Positions 1-12,659 are shown, counted from the stretch's first letter. The stretch: 64,000 bases of DNA from Ostrea edulis (GCF_947568905.1 NC_079165.1:48484001-48548000); one strand, 5' to 3'. Made by a program: numbers and translations. The notes: a model not told the origin generated them from the letters alone.

Positions 1-448
1 TGCGAAATGCTGACTGTTGAAACTCATGAAACATCAACTTTTCTGTAGTCCGCCATGATTTCAAACTAATCATACACAGAGCATGCTATCGTGTATCGCA
101 TCGGTTGAGAGATCTATATAAACACCATGTGCAGGATTGCTATATAAATGAGGGGAGCTAAAGTTTGCCACAAAGTCAAATTGTTAGTTTGTTGTTAACA
201 TTAATTATATGTTCAATAAATATCCAAATTTGAAGTAGATATGGAAGACTCTGTGTCTTTTATTTTGAGTTCATCGGGATATATCGAATTGACATACACA
301 CAGGTATGAATAAAATTGGTTTTGTTAATACAAAAACGAAACATTGTCGATATATATAAATGTCGATTTGAAGAAAACAAGAGATGTTTTATACATAAGC
401 TTTTGTAGAAATTCTACCTCATGAGAATGAATACAAAAAAAAACAAAA

Positions 449-2263
449 AACAAGAGGCCCAAGGGCCTAGAATCGCTCTTCTGATAAATTGTACAACCCC
501 ACCATTTCTATTCTTAGCCTCTTAGTATTCTAAATCTTTAGTTAAATCCTAAGAATTCAAAAAAAGTAGATCAATGTGACCTACTTTTTGGTTTACACAT
601 TTTGAGAACCCAAGAAATATCAACTGACAAAGTTTGATGATTTTAAGCCAATTAGTATCTGAATATTGAAATATAGCTGTCAAATTCCAATCGTAGGTCA
701 TGATGACCTACTTTTTGGTCAGCGAACTCCGAACATGCAAGACCCATCAACTGACAAAGTTTGATGACTGTAGGTCAAATAGTATCTGAAATATATAAAT
801 ATAGCCGTCAAATTCCAAAAGTAGGGCAAGGTGACCTACTTTTTCGTCAACACCCTTCAAACATGCAAGACCCAACAACTGACAAAGTTTGATGACTGTA
901 GGTCAAATAGTATCTGAATTATATAAATATAGCCGTCCAATTCCAAAAGTAGGTCAAGGTGACCTACTTTTTGGTCAACACCCTTTGAACATGCAAGACG
1001 CATCAACTGACAAAGTTTGATGACTGTAGGTCAAATAGTATCTGAAATATATAAATATAGCCGTCAAATTCCAAAAGTAGGTCAAGGTGACCTACTTTTG
1101 GTCGACACACTCCGTTGACTCAAGATGCATCAACTGTCAAAGTTTGATGATTGTAGGTCAATTAGTGACTGAAATATATAAATATAACTGTCAAATGCCA
1201 AAAGTAGATCACAGTGACCTACTTTTTGGTCGATACACTCCGAAGACTCAAGATGCATCAACTGACAAAGTTTGATGATTGTAGGTCAAATAGTGTCTGA
1301 AATATAGTAATTTAGCTGTCAAATACCAAAAGTAGGTCACGGTGACCTACTTTTTGGTCGACACAAACCGAAGACTGAAGACGCATCAACTGACAAAGTT
1401 TAATGATCCTAGGTTTTACAGTGCCCAAAATATGCATCTAAAATTGAAAATGTGAAATTTGAATATCTGCAAAATTTAAAAAGTAGGTCACTGTGACCTA
1501 CTTTTTTTATAAATATGTTTCAAGGCCTCAAGATGCATCAACTTACAAGATTTGATGATTCTAAACCTCTCGGTATTTGAAATAACAACATAAAATATAT
1601 CTATAAATGATAAGCCATAAAATTCAGAAAGTAGGTCACGGTGACCTATTTTTTAGTTGACGCATTTCAAGGTCCCATGATCCACCAACTGACAAGTTTT
1701 GATGATCATAGGCTTCAAAGTGTCCAAGATATGCATCAAAATTAATTTTAAATAAATACCTGCAAAATTCAAAAAGTAGGTCACCGTGACCTACTTTTGA
1801 GACAACTTGACACAAGGTCCTAAGATGCATCAACTGTCAAAATTTGATGATCCTAGTCCTTATAATGACTAAAATATCAAAGATTTAAGGAAATATAAAT
1901 TTAGGTCAACTTTGAAGTGACCTTGAGACCACGCCCTTTGCCCCAGGGTAATGCCTTGAACAATTTTTAATCTACAACATATCCTCATCCTTATGTGTAA
2001 GTTTGGTGATAATCTGCCCTGTGGTTCTTGAGAAGAAGATTTTTTAGCAACCACTACTTTTGTTTGTATTTTCCTGATTATCTCCCCTTGTTAAAGGGTC
2101 ACATCCCTCTATTTAGTATGTATGAAAGCCCTTGGGCCAATGATACCCTGTAACAAATTTGAGTTCTTGAGTTATAGCCCTTTTTCTAAAAAGTTTACGC
2201 ACACCGCACACCGCACAAATGGCCATAGCATTAGCTCTTTGAGCCTTTGGCTCAGAAGAGCTA
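449..2263 (+). mobile_element. Non-autonomous Helentron-associated element (HINE-like) with internal satellite array
   Basis: 5' AACAAGAGGCCCAAGGGCCT (short palindrome); 5' subterminal GCTCTTCTGA (475-484) is the reverse complement of TCAGAAGAGC (2252-2261); 3' hairpin TAGCTCTTTGAGCC-TTT-GGCTCAGAAGAGCTA followed by an A-run; central tandem repeats; short (CGCACAC)n before the 3' end. Confidence 0.8.
560..1860. repeat. Tandem satellite array, ~7 units of 127-128 bp then ~3 units of 145-151 bp
   Basis: The GTAGG(T)CA anchor recurs at ~566, 693, 821, 949, 1077, 1204, 1332, 1483, 1631 and 1776; each unit carries the palindrome AAAAGTAGGTCAC-N-GTGACCTACTTTT. Confidence 0.9.
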
Positions 2264-2931
2264 AAAAAAAAAAAAAAAAAAAAAGAGGAGGAAGCTAATA
2301 AAGGAACACAACTCGTGCTCTATGGAAATTCCAACAGACTACTTGATCGTCGAAGAATACGTAGATGTTGTCAATGAGGAACCCCAGCATCTTTTTAAAT
2401 TCTACGTCAGAGTACTTGTGCAGATATACTGGCGACTTGTACAAGTAGGAAGCACATTTCAGCAAGGGGAAAAAAAATGTGACAAAGTGATATTTTACCG
2501 TTGATGTTGCAAACCAGGTATTGTGTCGGAAGTTGATTGATCTTCAATTTCAACATTTAAGCTCTAATTGGTTTATAAGTCCTGTACATTATTTAGAATA
2601 GGTATTGCAATACCGCTCGAATTTCCTCCATTTCCCGCCAAACATCATGGCGTTTACATTGAGAAATGTATATCTCAAGGAATCATATTTTAATCCCACA
2701 AACTATACTTCCTGAAGGGATATCCTAACTCATGTTTACCAACAAAGTTTAATAGTCGAACAGGTAAAGTAAAGAAAACTCTGTTTGAAAAGCTGGACAC
2801 GAGCATTTACGAAGAATCGGCTCGGATGGTCACACTCAATTGGTCGGATTGGTCCGAGGAAAGATTGGGTCTATGGATAAAAGCTCTGCATGTTTTATAT
2901 TATGAAAACTTGGGTAAATTACAAGACATAA

Positions 2932-3396
2932 TTGTCAAATGGACAGATTCACCAGAAAATTGGTCAGATCCAACCAACCCAGAAACCTGAACAGCATATC
3001 ACAGTCTTTATAGCCACAGGAACGACCAGAGTACACGGAAATCAGTACAAACTCATTGTAGATTGTCATTTCAATATCCTTATTGAAATTTTGAATCTGT
3101 TCTTAACCCCACAAACAGAGCGACAAACTGAAACTCTTCTAGAGGAAACAACACTTAAAGAAGTTGTTGACTGTGAGAACCCTAAAGACCACCTTGACTC
3201 AAACACAAACATAGCTTTAAATGATGTTAAGCTTCTCATAGCTTCAAATGAAAGTTTGGAGAAAGCAATTGCAACAGGTTTTCAAAAAATAAACCTGGGA
3301 TACCAATCCAATACTAACAAAATTTTGGAAGCTCTAACAACGAAAAAAAACATCAACTCCGACAATTACTGCAACAGAGACAATAAAAAAACCTGA
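2932..3396 (+). pseudogene. Degraded ORF, possibly ORF1-like remnant of a non-LTR retrotransposon
   Basis: HITVFIATGTTRVHGNQYKLIVDCHF resembles the 'IxxYxTTGTIxVQG' motif I recall from invertebrate CR1/L2-type ORF1 proteins; followed by coiled-coil-like sequence; flanking frames are broken by stops. Recall only. Confidence 0.3.
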
Positions 3397-3685
3397 AAGA
3401 AGAAATAACAAGTTTGAAGAATCAGTTACAATTGGGAAAGGAAACAGTTTACTAATAAAGACACAATACGAAGAGGCTATTCATCACGAAAAAGAAATGC
3501 TTTCTACCACACGTGCACGAATAGAAAATCTAGCACGCGGTCAAGCTGCTGAAATGGATCATATGGTGCGGAAATTAGATTTTAAAAAATACAGAAATTG
3601 AGAGCAAATCTTTTTACAATGCTGAAGAAACATGAAGAATCCCAATATTTGAAATCTCAATTTCGCAGTACACTTCGTAAGGAAG

Positions 3686-5746
3686 AGAATCCATCCACAA
3701 CACAAAACAAACCAGAGGTACTACTAGTTCATCCCCAACACAAAACAAACCAGAGGTACTACTAGTTCTGACAGAATCCATCCCCAAACACAAAACAAAC
3801 CAGAGGTACTACTAGTTCATCCCCAACACAAAACAAACCAGAGGTACTACTAGTTCTGACAGAATCCATCCCCAACACAAAACAAACCAGAGGTACTACT
3901 AGTTCTGACAGAATCCATCCACAACACAAAACAAACCAGAGGTACTACTCGTTCTGACAGAATCCATCCACAACACAAAACAAACCAGAGGTATTACTCG
4001 TTCTGACAGAATCCACCCCAACACAAAACAAACCAGAGGTACTACTAGTTCATCCCCAACACAAAACAAACCAGAGGTACTACTAGTTCATCCCCAACAC
4101 AAAACAAACCAGAGGTACTACTAGTTCTGACAGAATCCATCCCCAAACACAAAACAAACCAGAGGTACTACTAGTTCATCCCCAACACAAAACAAACCAG
4201 AGGTACTACTAGTTCTGACAGAATCCACCCCCAACACAAAACAAACCAGAGGTATTACTAGTTCTGACAGAATCCATCCCCAACACAAAACAAACCAGAG
4301 GTACTACTAATTCTGACAGAATCCATCCACAACACAAAACAAACCAGAGGTACTACTCGTTCTGACAGAATCCATCCACAACACAAAACAAACCAGAGGT
4401 ATTACTCGTTCTGACAGAATCCACCCCAACACAAAACAAACCAGAGGTACTACTAGTTCATCCCCAACACAAAACAAACCAGAGGTACTACTAGTTCATC
4501 CCCAACACAAAACAAACCAGAGGTACTACTAGTTCTGACAGAATCCATCCCCAACACAAAACAAACCAGAGGTACTACTAGTTCTGACAGAATCCATCCC
4601 CAACACAAAACAAACCAGAGGTACTACTCGTTCTGACAGAATCCACCCCCAACACAAAACAAACCAGAGGTACTACTAGTTCTGACAGAATCCATCCACA
4701 ACACAAAACAAACCAGAGGTACTACTCGTTCTGACAGAATCCACCCCCAACACAAAACAAACCAGAGGTATTACTCGTTCTGACAGAATCCATCCCCAAA
4801 CACAAAACAAACCAGAGGTACTACTAGTTCATCCCCAACACAAAACAAACCAGAGGTACTACTAGTTCTGACAGAATCCATCCCCAAACACAAAACAAAC
4901 CAGAGGTACTACTAGTTCATCCCCAACACAAAACAAACCAGAGGTACTACTAGTTCTGACAGAATCCATCCCCAAACACAAAACAAACCAGAGGTACTAC
5001 TAGTTCATCCCCAACACAAAACAAACCAGATGTACTACTAGTTCTGACAGAATCCATCCCCAAACACAAAACAAACCAGAGGTACTACTAGTTCATCCCC
5101 AACACAAAACAAACCAGAGGTACTACTAGTTCTGACAGAATCCATCCCCAACACAAAACAAACCAGAGGTACTACTAGTTCTGACAGAATCCATCCACAA
5201 CACAAAACAAACCAGAGGTACTACTCGTTCTGACAGAATCCACCCCCAACACAAAACAAACCAGAGGTATTACTCGTTCTGACAGAATCCATCCCCAAAC
5301 ACAAAACAAACCAGAGGTACTACTAGTTCATCCCCAACACAAAACAAACCAGAGGTACTACTAGTTCTGACAGAATCCATCCCCAAACACAAAACAAACC
5401 AGAGGTACTACTAGTTCATCCCCAACACAAAACAAACCAGAGGTACTACTAGTTCTGACAGAATCCATCCCCAAACACAAAACAAACCAGAGGTACTACT
5501 AGTTCATCCCCAACACAAAACAAACCAGAGGTACTACTAGTTCATCCCCAACACAAAACAAACCAGAGGTACTACTAGTTCTGACAGAATCCATCCCCAA
5601 ACACAAAACAAACCAGAGGTACTACTAGTTCATCCCCAACACAAAACAAACCAGAGGTACTACTAGTTCATCCCCAACACAAAACAAACCAGAGGTACTA
5701 CTAGTTCTGACAGAATCCATCCCCAAACACAAAACAAACCAGAGGT
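3686..5746. repeat. Minisatellite, ~45 units of 49/50 bp and 38 bp
   Basis: Long unit GAGGTACTACTAGTTCTGACAGAATCCATCCCCAACACAAAACAAACCA (49 bp; period checked at 3841/3890/3939); the short unit lacks the 11 bp TGACAGAATCC. Confidence 0.95.
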
Positions 5747-6081
5747 TGTTGTAGATTCAATATTACAATGGAAATGCCATATGTGCATTGACACCAAAAT
5801 AGGTATAGGCCAAAAACACATCATTGCCTAACTGAATTGAAAAATCCATAAAATTAGAAATTCAAGCAAATTTAAACATTCCGGATGACGGCAATGATTC
5901 AATTTGCGTATAAGTCCAATTCCCCTTAAAATGCAGTAACTGTATTAACTCATTGCAGACCAAAATTCAACCACAACACTTGTAAATAAATCAATCATAT
6001 GGATATGCATTAAAAAATATATCAATTACAAAAATGTTGGTAACTTGGATCCCATTTAGCGGCAACCCAAGACCAGACTTG

Positions 6082-6290
6082 ATTGATTGACTGTATCTTG
6101 CTTAACAAGCTCGAAAATTTTATGGAGACGTCACCAAGACCGGTGAAGGACTTCAAATTTAGGCCTATGCTCGGCGCTTACGGCCATTGAGCAGTTCTTT
6201 AGCGTGCCACACCTACTGTGACACGGGACATTCGTTTTTAAGGTTATCTCCGAGGACCCGTGACATTCACACCTTATGCCGAGCGTTTCC
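6082..6290 (-). mobile_element. 5'-truncated SINE (AATC-tailed family)
   Basis: (GATT)n tail at the left end; body homologous to the SINE copies at 8400-8936 and 8587-8854 (GGAGACGTCACCA..., CGTGCCACACCT..., GACCCGTGA..., GCCGAGCGTTT). Confidence 0.7.
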
Positions 6291-6870
6291 TGAGGAAACA
6301 AACTGTTCCATTGCTGCACAAATCGTATTCAGAAATATATTATTTCCTATATATATCAAATGCACTCCATCTGATAGGAAAAGCAACTCATTTCCAGCCT
6401 TTATGTCTTTATATTTAATGTAACAACCACCATTTTTAATTACTTCTGATGCTATAGAGTTGTTCAACCTCTTTAGAGCCTTGTTCATTGATTCCATATG
6501 ATCAGAATACTTCCATTTATTTCTAGGTAGTAACTGTGACCAGATCAACTTTGTCTTAGGTAGCAACAACTGTATACGACCAAGAGTCCTTTTCATTCGC
6601 TGAAGTAAGTCCTTTAATGGCACATTCCCAATATCATTAGCCCCACAGTGTAAAATCAAATAACGAGCTACAACATAAACCTTCATAAAAGACTGGATTT
6701 TGCTGTATATTTCCCCCAAATCATGCCACCTTTACCCTGCCACCATATGCGACATCCAATTCTTTCCAGACCTAAATTGACACCATCTGATCTACCCCTA
6801 GCAGCAATGAAAGCCCTCTTTACAATTGATGATCCTACACACTATATCAGACAATCTGAAATGACTTGGT
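6267..6870 (-). pseudogene. SGNH/GDSL hydrolase ORF of the YR retrotransposon (frameshifted near 6720)
   Basis: Block I-like VGSSIVKRAF and block II-like WWQGKGGM in the frame upstream of ORF 6267..6719; block III HCGANDIG; block V DGVHL. Confidence 0.8.
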
Positions 6871-6929
6871 TTATGTTAGATTATACCTGGAAAAAATTGA
6901 ATTAAGTTGCATGAAAGCATATTTTAACA

Positions 6930-7205
6930 GAATGTAATAGAATTATTTCCTAATGTACATGTATGTTTGGTATGATTTGGACTTCCATCTGCCAGCTCGA
7001 CATATTTCATCTTAGAACTGACAAACCCAACATAGCAGCGGTGGTTGCTGCCCCAATTCGAAAGAAATGAGATTTGAACTTGCTGGAATCAAGACCTAAA
7101 GCTCTAGTACCTTTATGCAATACTGCTGTAAACTGCACCCTGGTAAGGGGCCGGCCGCCAAAATGACAAAATAAAATACCAGGAATTTGAGGTTTTGCAT
7201 TAAGG
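6930..7205 (-). pseudogene. Tyrosine recombinase, C-terminal part
   Basis: Manual translation gives GILFCHFGGRPLTRVQFTAVLHKGTRALGLDSSKFKSHFFRIGAATTAAMLG, then a frameshift to GRWKSKSYQTY(MY)IR: H-x-x-R, W and Y catalytic motifs. Confidence 0.85.
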
Positions 7206-7286
7206 TTGATCGATCCTTATGTGATGTCATAGGTTTATGCCAAAAATCTTAATAAATTAAACTTTGCGCATGATAGAAATATATCT

Positions 7287-7596
7287 ATGCGCATCTGGTG
7301 CATCAAAATTGGTACCGTATAAGTTTTACATTATGACCCCTGGGTCGAGGCCTCTGCTGGTGGACTGTTAGTCTCCGAGGGTCTCTACAGCCCAGTAGCT
7401 AAGTACTTCGTTACTAGCTTGAAAATACGGATGTCTATTTAATTGCTGTTATAAAATTTAGAAATTAATTTCAAAATTAAGGATTATCTCCCTCATGCAT
7501 AGCTCTTATCCTTAGACAAATTTGACTCCACTTTTTTTGGCACGCTGTTTTTGGCTATAATAGCTCTAAAACTTCATTGTTATTTCGGATTTCAAA
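7287..7596. repeat. Interspersed repeat, probably a Penelope-like terminal-repeat fragment
   Basis: Matches my recollection of an abundant oyster repeat (GCGCATCTGGTGCATCAAAATTGGTACCG...GGTCGAGGCCTCTGCTGGTGGACTG...); not verifiable without a search. Confidence 0.35.
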
Positions 7597-8399
7597 TGTA
7601 CATGTAATTTATTTAAACTGCGAATGACGAGCTGAGAAATGCATGAAGGGACCCAGAAAATTGCCATAAAAAGAAAGTGTTTTTAAGCTTTACCGTATAT
7701 CATAAGTGTACCAAAGCGCGCTCAATGTAAGCAGCCGACCTCAATTTATCCCGAAATGTATAAATGTGTCATCAGCTCTGAAAGCTTAAAAGTTCTCTAT
7801 ACCTCATATCTTAGGATTATGGCTTCCCCAGGAGCAAAGCAACCCCTACCCACCCACCCACACATACCTTTGGACGGCAGCTGTATACTAGACCAAAACG
7901 TTGAGGGGGGGGGGGGTAGGCTTGTCGAGATATATTTTTTCATAGCCCCTCCCTCTCATTTTTAAAGAAAAATGCTACGTCCTTGTTTCCCGATTAGACA
8001 ACCAATAAGTGATGTGTAATTGTATACATGTATATCATAATACACAGTAGTATCAACAATGTTTGTGATAATGACTCATGAAAATTGGCCCCCATGAAAA
8101 TCGATTACTCCCTAGTATATTTTATACATTATCGATATAAACAATTGACATGCGCTTGTCCTTTAGAAATGCCGTACCCCGTGGATATCCGGGTTAGAAT
8201 AGGTCCTCTGCAATACCCCTTGCTTGTCGTAAGAGGCGACTAAATAAGGCGATCCTTCGGATAAGACCGGAAAAACCGAGGCCCCGTGTCACAACAGGTG
8301 TGGTACGATAAAGATCCCTCCCTGCTCAAAGTCCGTGAGCGCCGAACATAGGCGTACATTTTGCTGCCCTTCACCGGCAATAGTGACGTCTCCATATGA

Positions 8400-9056
8400 T
8401 TGATCGGTTGCGTTTACGTCCCTTCCTGGATTTTTCACTCATATTGAGAGGTCACCATCTGTAGGTGATGTACCACAAATGTAGACCCGGCCTATGTTTA
8501 AAAGCGCTCAGCGCCGTAGTAGTGAGGGTACTTTATCGTGCCAACGCATCTCCGTTTTTAAGGTCATACATGAACGACCCGTGATTGATTAATTATTGTT
8601 TAAAGTAAACGTTCATCTCCAGAATATTTCACTCATATGGAGACGTCACCACTGCCGGTGAAGGGCTGCAAAATTTAGGCTAATGCTCGACGCTAATGGC
8701 CATTGAGCAGGGAGGGATATTTATCGTGCCACACCTGCTGTGATACGGGACCTCGGTTTTTGCGGTCTCATCCGAAGGACTATCCCATTTAGTCGCCACT
8801 TACGACAAGCAAGGGGGTACTGAGGACCTATTCTAACCCGGATCCCCACGGGACTGAACGACCCGTGATTCTCACTTTTAAATGCCGAGCGTTTGGCGAA
8901 GGAGCAATCACTACTTATTTTAACGCCTTAGGTTTGCCATATGAGTGAACATTTCTTGAGAGGGACGTTAAACAATATTAAATCAATCAGTTTTAGGCTC
9001 GAACTCACGACCTCCTGGTTACGAAGCGAACGCTCTACTATTGAGCTACCGCGAAC
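8400..9056 (-). mobile_element. tRNA-derived SINE 'A' (tRNA-Thr-like head), itself interrupted twice
   Basis: Reverse complement of 8997-9056 gives A box TAGCTCAATAGTAGAGC, CGT anticodon-like loop and B box GAGTTCGAGCC; (AATC)-type tail at 8400; flanked by 8-bp TSD CCATATGA. Confidence 0.8.
8587..8854 (-). mobile_element. SINE-like element 'B' copy 2 (full length) with 16-bp TSD
   Basis: TGAACGACCCGTGATT at 8571-8586 and 8855-8870 flanks the copy. Confidence 0.85.
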
Positions 9057-10664
9057 CCATATGAGTGAAAAATTATCGAGTGGGACGTTCAACAATATAT
9101 ACAACATATGAATGCGGTAAAGTCTTTGAATTTTGCAAATACCACTTCCAAATTTTTCAATTTGAAGTTGACCCCTTTAAAATTGTAAAAGTCAGCCGTC
9201 GATTGTAAAAGTAAGCCTCTTCGTAAAACTCCCATTATGAAAACTACACTGTACCTCCTGTTAACTCTCCCACTCTGAAAACCCCCAAAAGTAGCAACAA
9301 CCACGCTCGCTCGGTGGCGCGTCATGTTCCATTTTTATTTCTATAGGAAAAGTGGGACGAGGTTCCACCCTATTTTTTACAGGCTAGTATGGATAAACCT
9401 AGAGCCTACGAATGATGCGAAGTTGATCGTTTGGATCTAAAATAGCTATATTTAGCGTATCTCACGTGATTAGGCATATTCCAGAAAATCCCTTTGAGAT
9501 TGAAGCGATTAAGCAGAGCGAGTATATGTAAACATTTACTTAACGGTGAAATACGCAACAAAGAGTGACATATTAATACATTTTATGCATGAATAAATTA
9601 TACTGAGGTCAAACATGGACGATAATTGCCCGTGTTCATATAGTAATTGATTGGTTTAGATATCCAAGGAAAGATAACTCCCATTATTAACGTACTCACA
9701 ACGTACCGGTGGTATACAATAATACAATGTTTATACATTTCTGAATGATGAGTGAATCTTTATTTTCATCAGAATATTTTCCATCATACTCGCAGACCAG
9801 GTCCCCATTCCCCTACCAGTGTCAATCTGTGACTGATAGCAGTGCGGTATTTAATTTGATATATAGTCTAGAGGAAATTCGAAATATGGTAGTAACATTT
9901 CTTCCTCACTGAATTAGCTGGATTTTTAACGTTTAAAGAAAAGTGGGGTATGGACTGGGGGGGGGGGGGGGTAAAAAAGCTATTTGCCAAATTTTCAACA
10001 ATATTAATTACAAGGCAAGGCAAAAGGGGTCATAAGCTACAGATGATGCAATTTTCACTTGCAAGTTGCACTGCCACAAGTTACACTTAATAAGTGACTT
10101 ACTTACAGATAAATAAAGTAACTTACAAATATTTTATTTATTTATATATCTATCATTTCATTTCATTTTTTTTTTAATATCATGGTTTGTACTTGTAGAG
10201 TCATCGCAATAAAGGGACATTAATTATTAGTGTTACAAAAAAATCTGATCATGCAGTTTTTAAATTTCTGAATTTTGAAAAAATAAAAATAAATAAATAA
10301 TACATTCTGATACCACTCAGCCCCCCGACTGGCCAGATAGTTCTGCTTCTGTCAGTTCTGATGCAACTAGCTCAGCCCCCAGGCTGGCCAGAGAGTCCAC
10401 TGTTTCGGTAAATTCTGATAATGATGGAACTCATTGTTTTGGGTAATAGTGTTTCAAGAAATAAAGTTGGGTCACTTTTTGATGCGAAATGAAACATTTT
10501 CCGTTTTTGGCAACCTGACGGTAGGGGTGTTTGAGACACTATATCTCATTTTCTATAAGAAATTGGAGTAAAAGGAATCCAGATTTGAAATCAGCATACT
10601 CAAAATTGGTAATTACACCTGATTTTTATTGATTTGGGTAATTTTTAAAAAATGGGTGGTGGTT

Positions 10665-11080
10665 GCTACCAAAAGGCCATGGAATATGCAGCCGCAACAA
10701 GCTTAACTTCATAGTGATTGAAACAAACAACTGGTAAAATGTGTAATATTTTCTCCAATAAATCTAAAGTAATTGGCAATCTTGAATCATGGGTGCTAGC
10801 CTTTCTCCTATAAACTTCCAACATTTTTCTAACCAAGAATTTTTGTGTTAAATCGAAATAATTGCAAAGCTTTAAATGGTATGATATTCCAGCAACATAT
10901 GATTTTCCTGTCTTTGTGCAAGATTTCTAACTGACATAAAAGCTATAAACTGGACAATGTAATCTAATGTTGGTGGCCATATCTTTTCTAGCTCAAAATA
11001 AGAAAGAAAATCTTCAAAACACTTCATTCCCTGACTATATGAGGCTTATGTACTTTGAGCAGTGGCACATTTGAGCAAAA
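10665..11080 (-). pseudogene. Tyrosine recombinase, N-terminal (SAM-like/core-binding) part
   Basis: Manual translation: SYSQGMKCFEDF..WPPTLDYIVQFIAFMSV..SYVAGISYHLKL..DSRLPITLDLLEKIL..YEVKLVAAAYSMAFW; lies directly after the RNase H, as in DIRS-like elements. Confidence 0.75.
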
Positions 11081-11083
11081 TAT

Positions 11084-11587
11084 CTACTTCACTCCTAACA
11101 TCGCTATGTGAAATTCTACGGGTATAAGCTCTGGGTCCTGGTCTGCTTGTGGTGCCAAGGCACGGAATTTCTGAAATTGTTTCCGAGATAAAGCATCAGC
11201 TATGCTGTTTACCTTACCAAAAATGTGTTGTGCTTTGAACATGATATTATTCTCCAACAACAAAGGAACAATTTTTCTGACCAACATCATTATCCTCTTG
11301 GATTTTGAAGTTTGTTTATTAATGATAGACATTAAAGCACAATTGTCAGTATGCATAATTATTTTTTGGTTTTGAAACAACTTGTGACCCCACAAAGAAA
11401 TAGACAGCAAAATAGGCACCAATTCCAAGAATGACATTTCTTGAAATATTTCCTCTCCCCAATCTGTGGGCCATGACCAAAAACACCAATGGCCATTACA
11501 ATAAGCCCCACAACCTAGAGAACTTATGTTCTGATTGCTTATCCATTCTTTGTCATGTATCAGTCTGATCCCATTGAAATTAGCCAC
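11084..11587 (-). pseudogene. RNase H of DIRS/Ngaro-like retrotransposon
   Basis: GCGAY..WCFWSW, LELVPILLSISLWG, HTDNCAL, HIFGKVNSIADALSR motifs. Confidence 0.85.
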
Positions 11588-11620
11588 ATTCTGACATCTT
11601 CCTTAAATTCCTCAGTAATC

Positions 11621-12659
11621 TTAATATGATGGTGGGATTTTTTTAATGCCGCTTGTTGCATCATAAAACCTCCTATTAAATGCCCTAGCATTAGGTACAC
11701 CCTTACTGAAAAAAATAAGACTACCTACCAAGCTCTGAATTTCCTTAAGATGAAGAGACCTTTTCAACAAGGTAAAATTTAATAAGCTTTTTAATTGTAC
11801 AGCCTTGTCTGAAGGAATCCTAACTACCATATCAACAGTATCTATTTCCAAACCTAAAAATACAATTTGTGTTGCTGGGCCTACAGTTTTGTCATATGCA
11901 AGTGGTAGACCAATGTGATCACTCAAGTTTGAAAAGCCCTCCATTAACCTTAAACATTCATCTGAACCTACATGACCCAAAAATAGAAAATCATCTAAAT
12001 AATGAAATAGTGTGTCAGGCCCAGTCCGCCTTTTCAACTCCCAATGGAAGAAAGTAGAAAACTTTTCAAATAAACAACATGAAATAGCACAACCCACTGT
12101 CAAACACTTGTCGATGTAATACTTTTCCTCAAACTTAAACCCTAACGAATCAAAGTCTCCAGGATGAATGATTAATAATCTAAATGCAGACTTTATATCC
12201 ATTTTTGCCAACTGTGTTCCATTCCCCATTTTAACTACTACCTCTAGAGCCTGATCTAATGATGCATATGCTACAGAACACCTATCCGGATCAATAAAAT
12301 GATCAACACCCTGATTTTCTGGAAAAGACAAACGAGTGATTGGTCTCCATTTTCCATCTGCTTTTGGTACTAGCCCAATAGGTGAAACTTTTAAATTAGT
12401 AATAGGTTTACTGTCAAATGTCCCAGATATACGACTTAGTCCTATTTCACTTAGTATCTTATTTTTTGTTTCCTCAAAATGATCACTGACAGACTGGAGA
12501 TTTATTGATTCTCGCCCTATTCGGGGACCCTTATAACCTAATCAAAAACCAAACTGACAACCATCAGCCAACTCCTTTGCAATATTTTGGTCAGCATAGT
12601 TTTTCAACAAACTAATTAATTTACCAACTTTGATAGGTGTTTTACCTAAACTCCAAACA
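11621..12659 (-). pseudogene. Reverse transcriptase of DIRS/Ngaro-like retrotransposon (frameshifted)
   Basis: LAKMDIKSAFRLL, YYIDKCLTVG, HYLDDFLF and FLGLEID in ORF 11621..12331; the N-terminus (TPIKVGKL...GCQFGF) is in ORF 12542..12859. Confidence 0.9.

Larger units (their letters stand above)
8197..9108 (+). mobile_element. SINE-like element 'B' copy 1, split by a nested insertion (8197-8399 and 9057-9108)
   Basis: Homologous to the copies at 8587-8854, 29319 and 45810; breaks at CCATATGA (8392-8399) and resumes at CCATATGAGTGAAAAATT (9057). Confidence 0.75.

Noticed and set aside
3686-5746. CRISPR-like appearance of regular repeats (also 46377-50183)
   Set aside because: Units are contiguous with no unique spacers, there are no cas genes, and the context is eukaryotic.
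7270-7310. Hammerhead ribozyme half (ATGCGCATCTGGTGC) at the putative Penelope-like repeat
   Set aside because: The CTGA(T/A)GA and GAAA core with stem II is absent in this copy; no complete hammerhead was found elsewhere by eye.
8197-8270. HDV-like ribozyme in the SINE-B head (…GGCGACTAA…)
   Set aside because: I could not place P1/P2/P3 in the required nested order.
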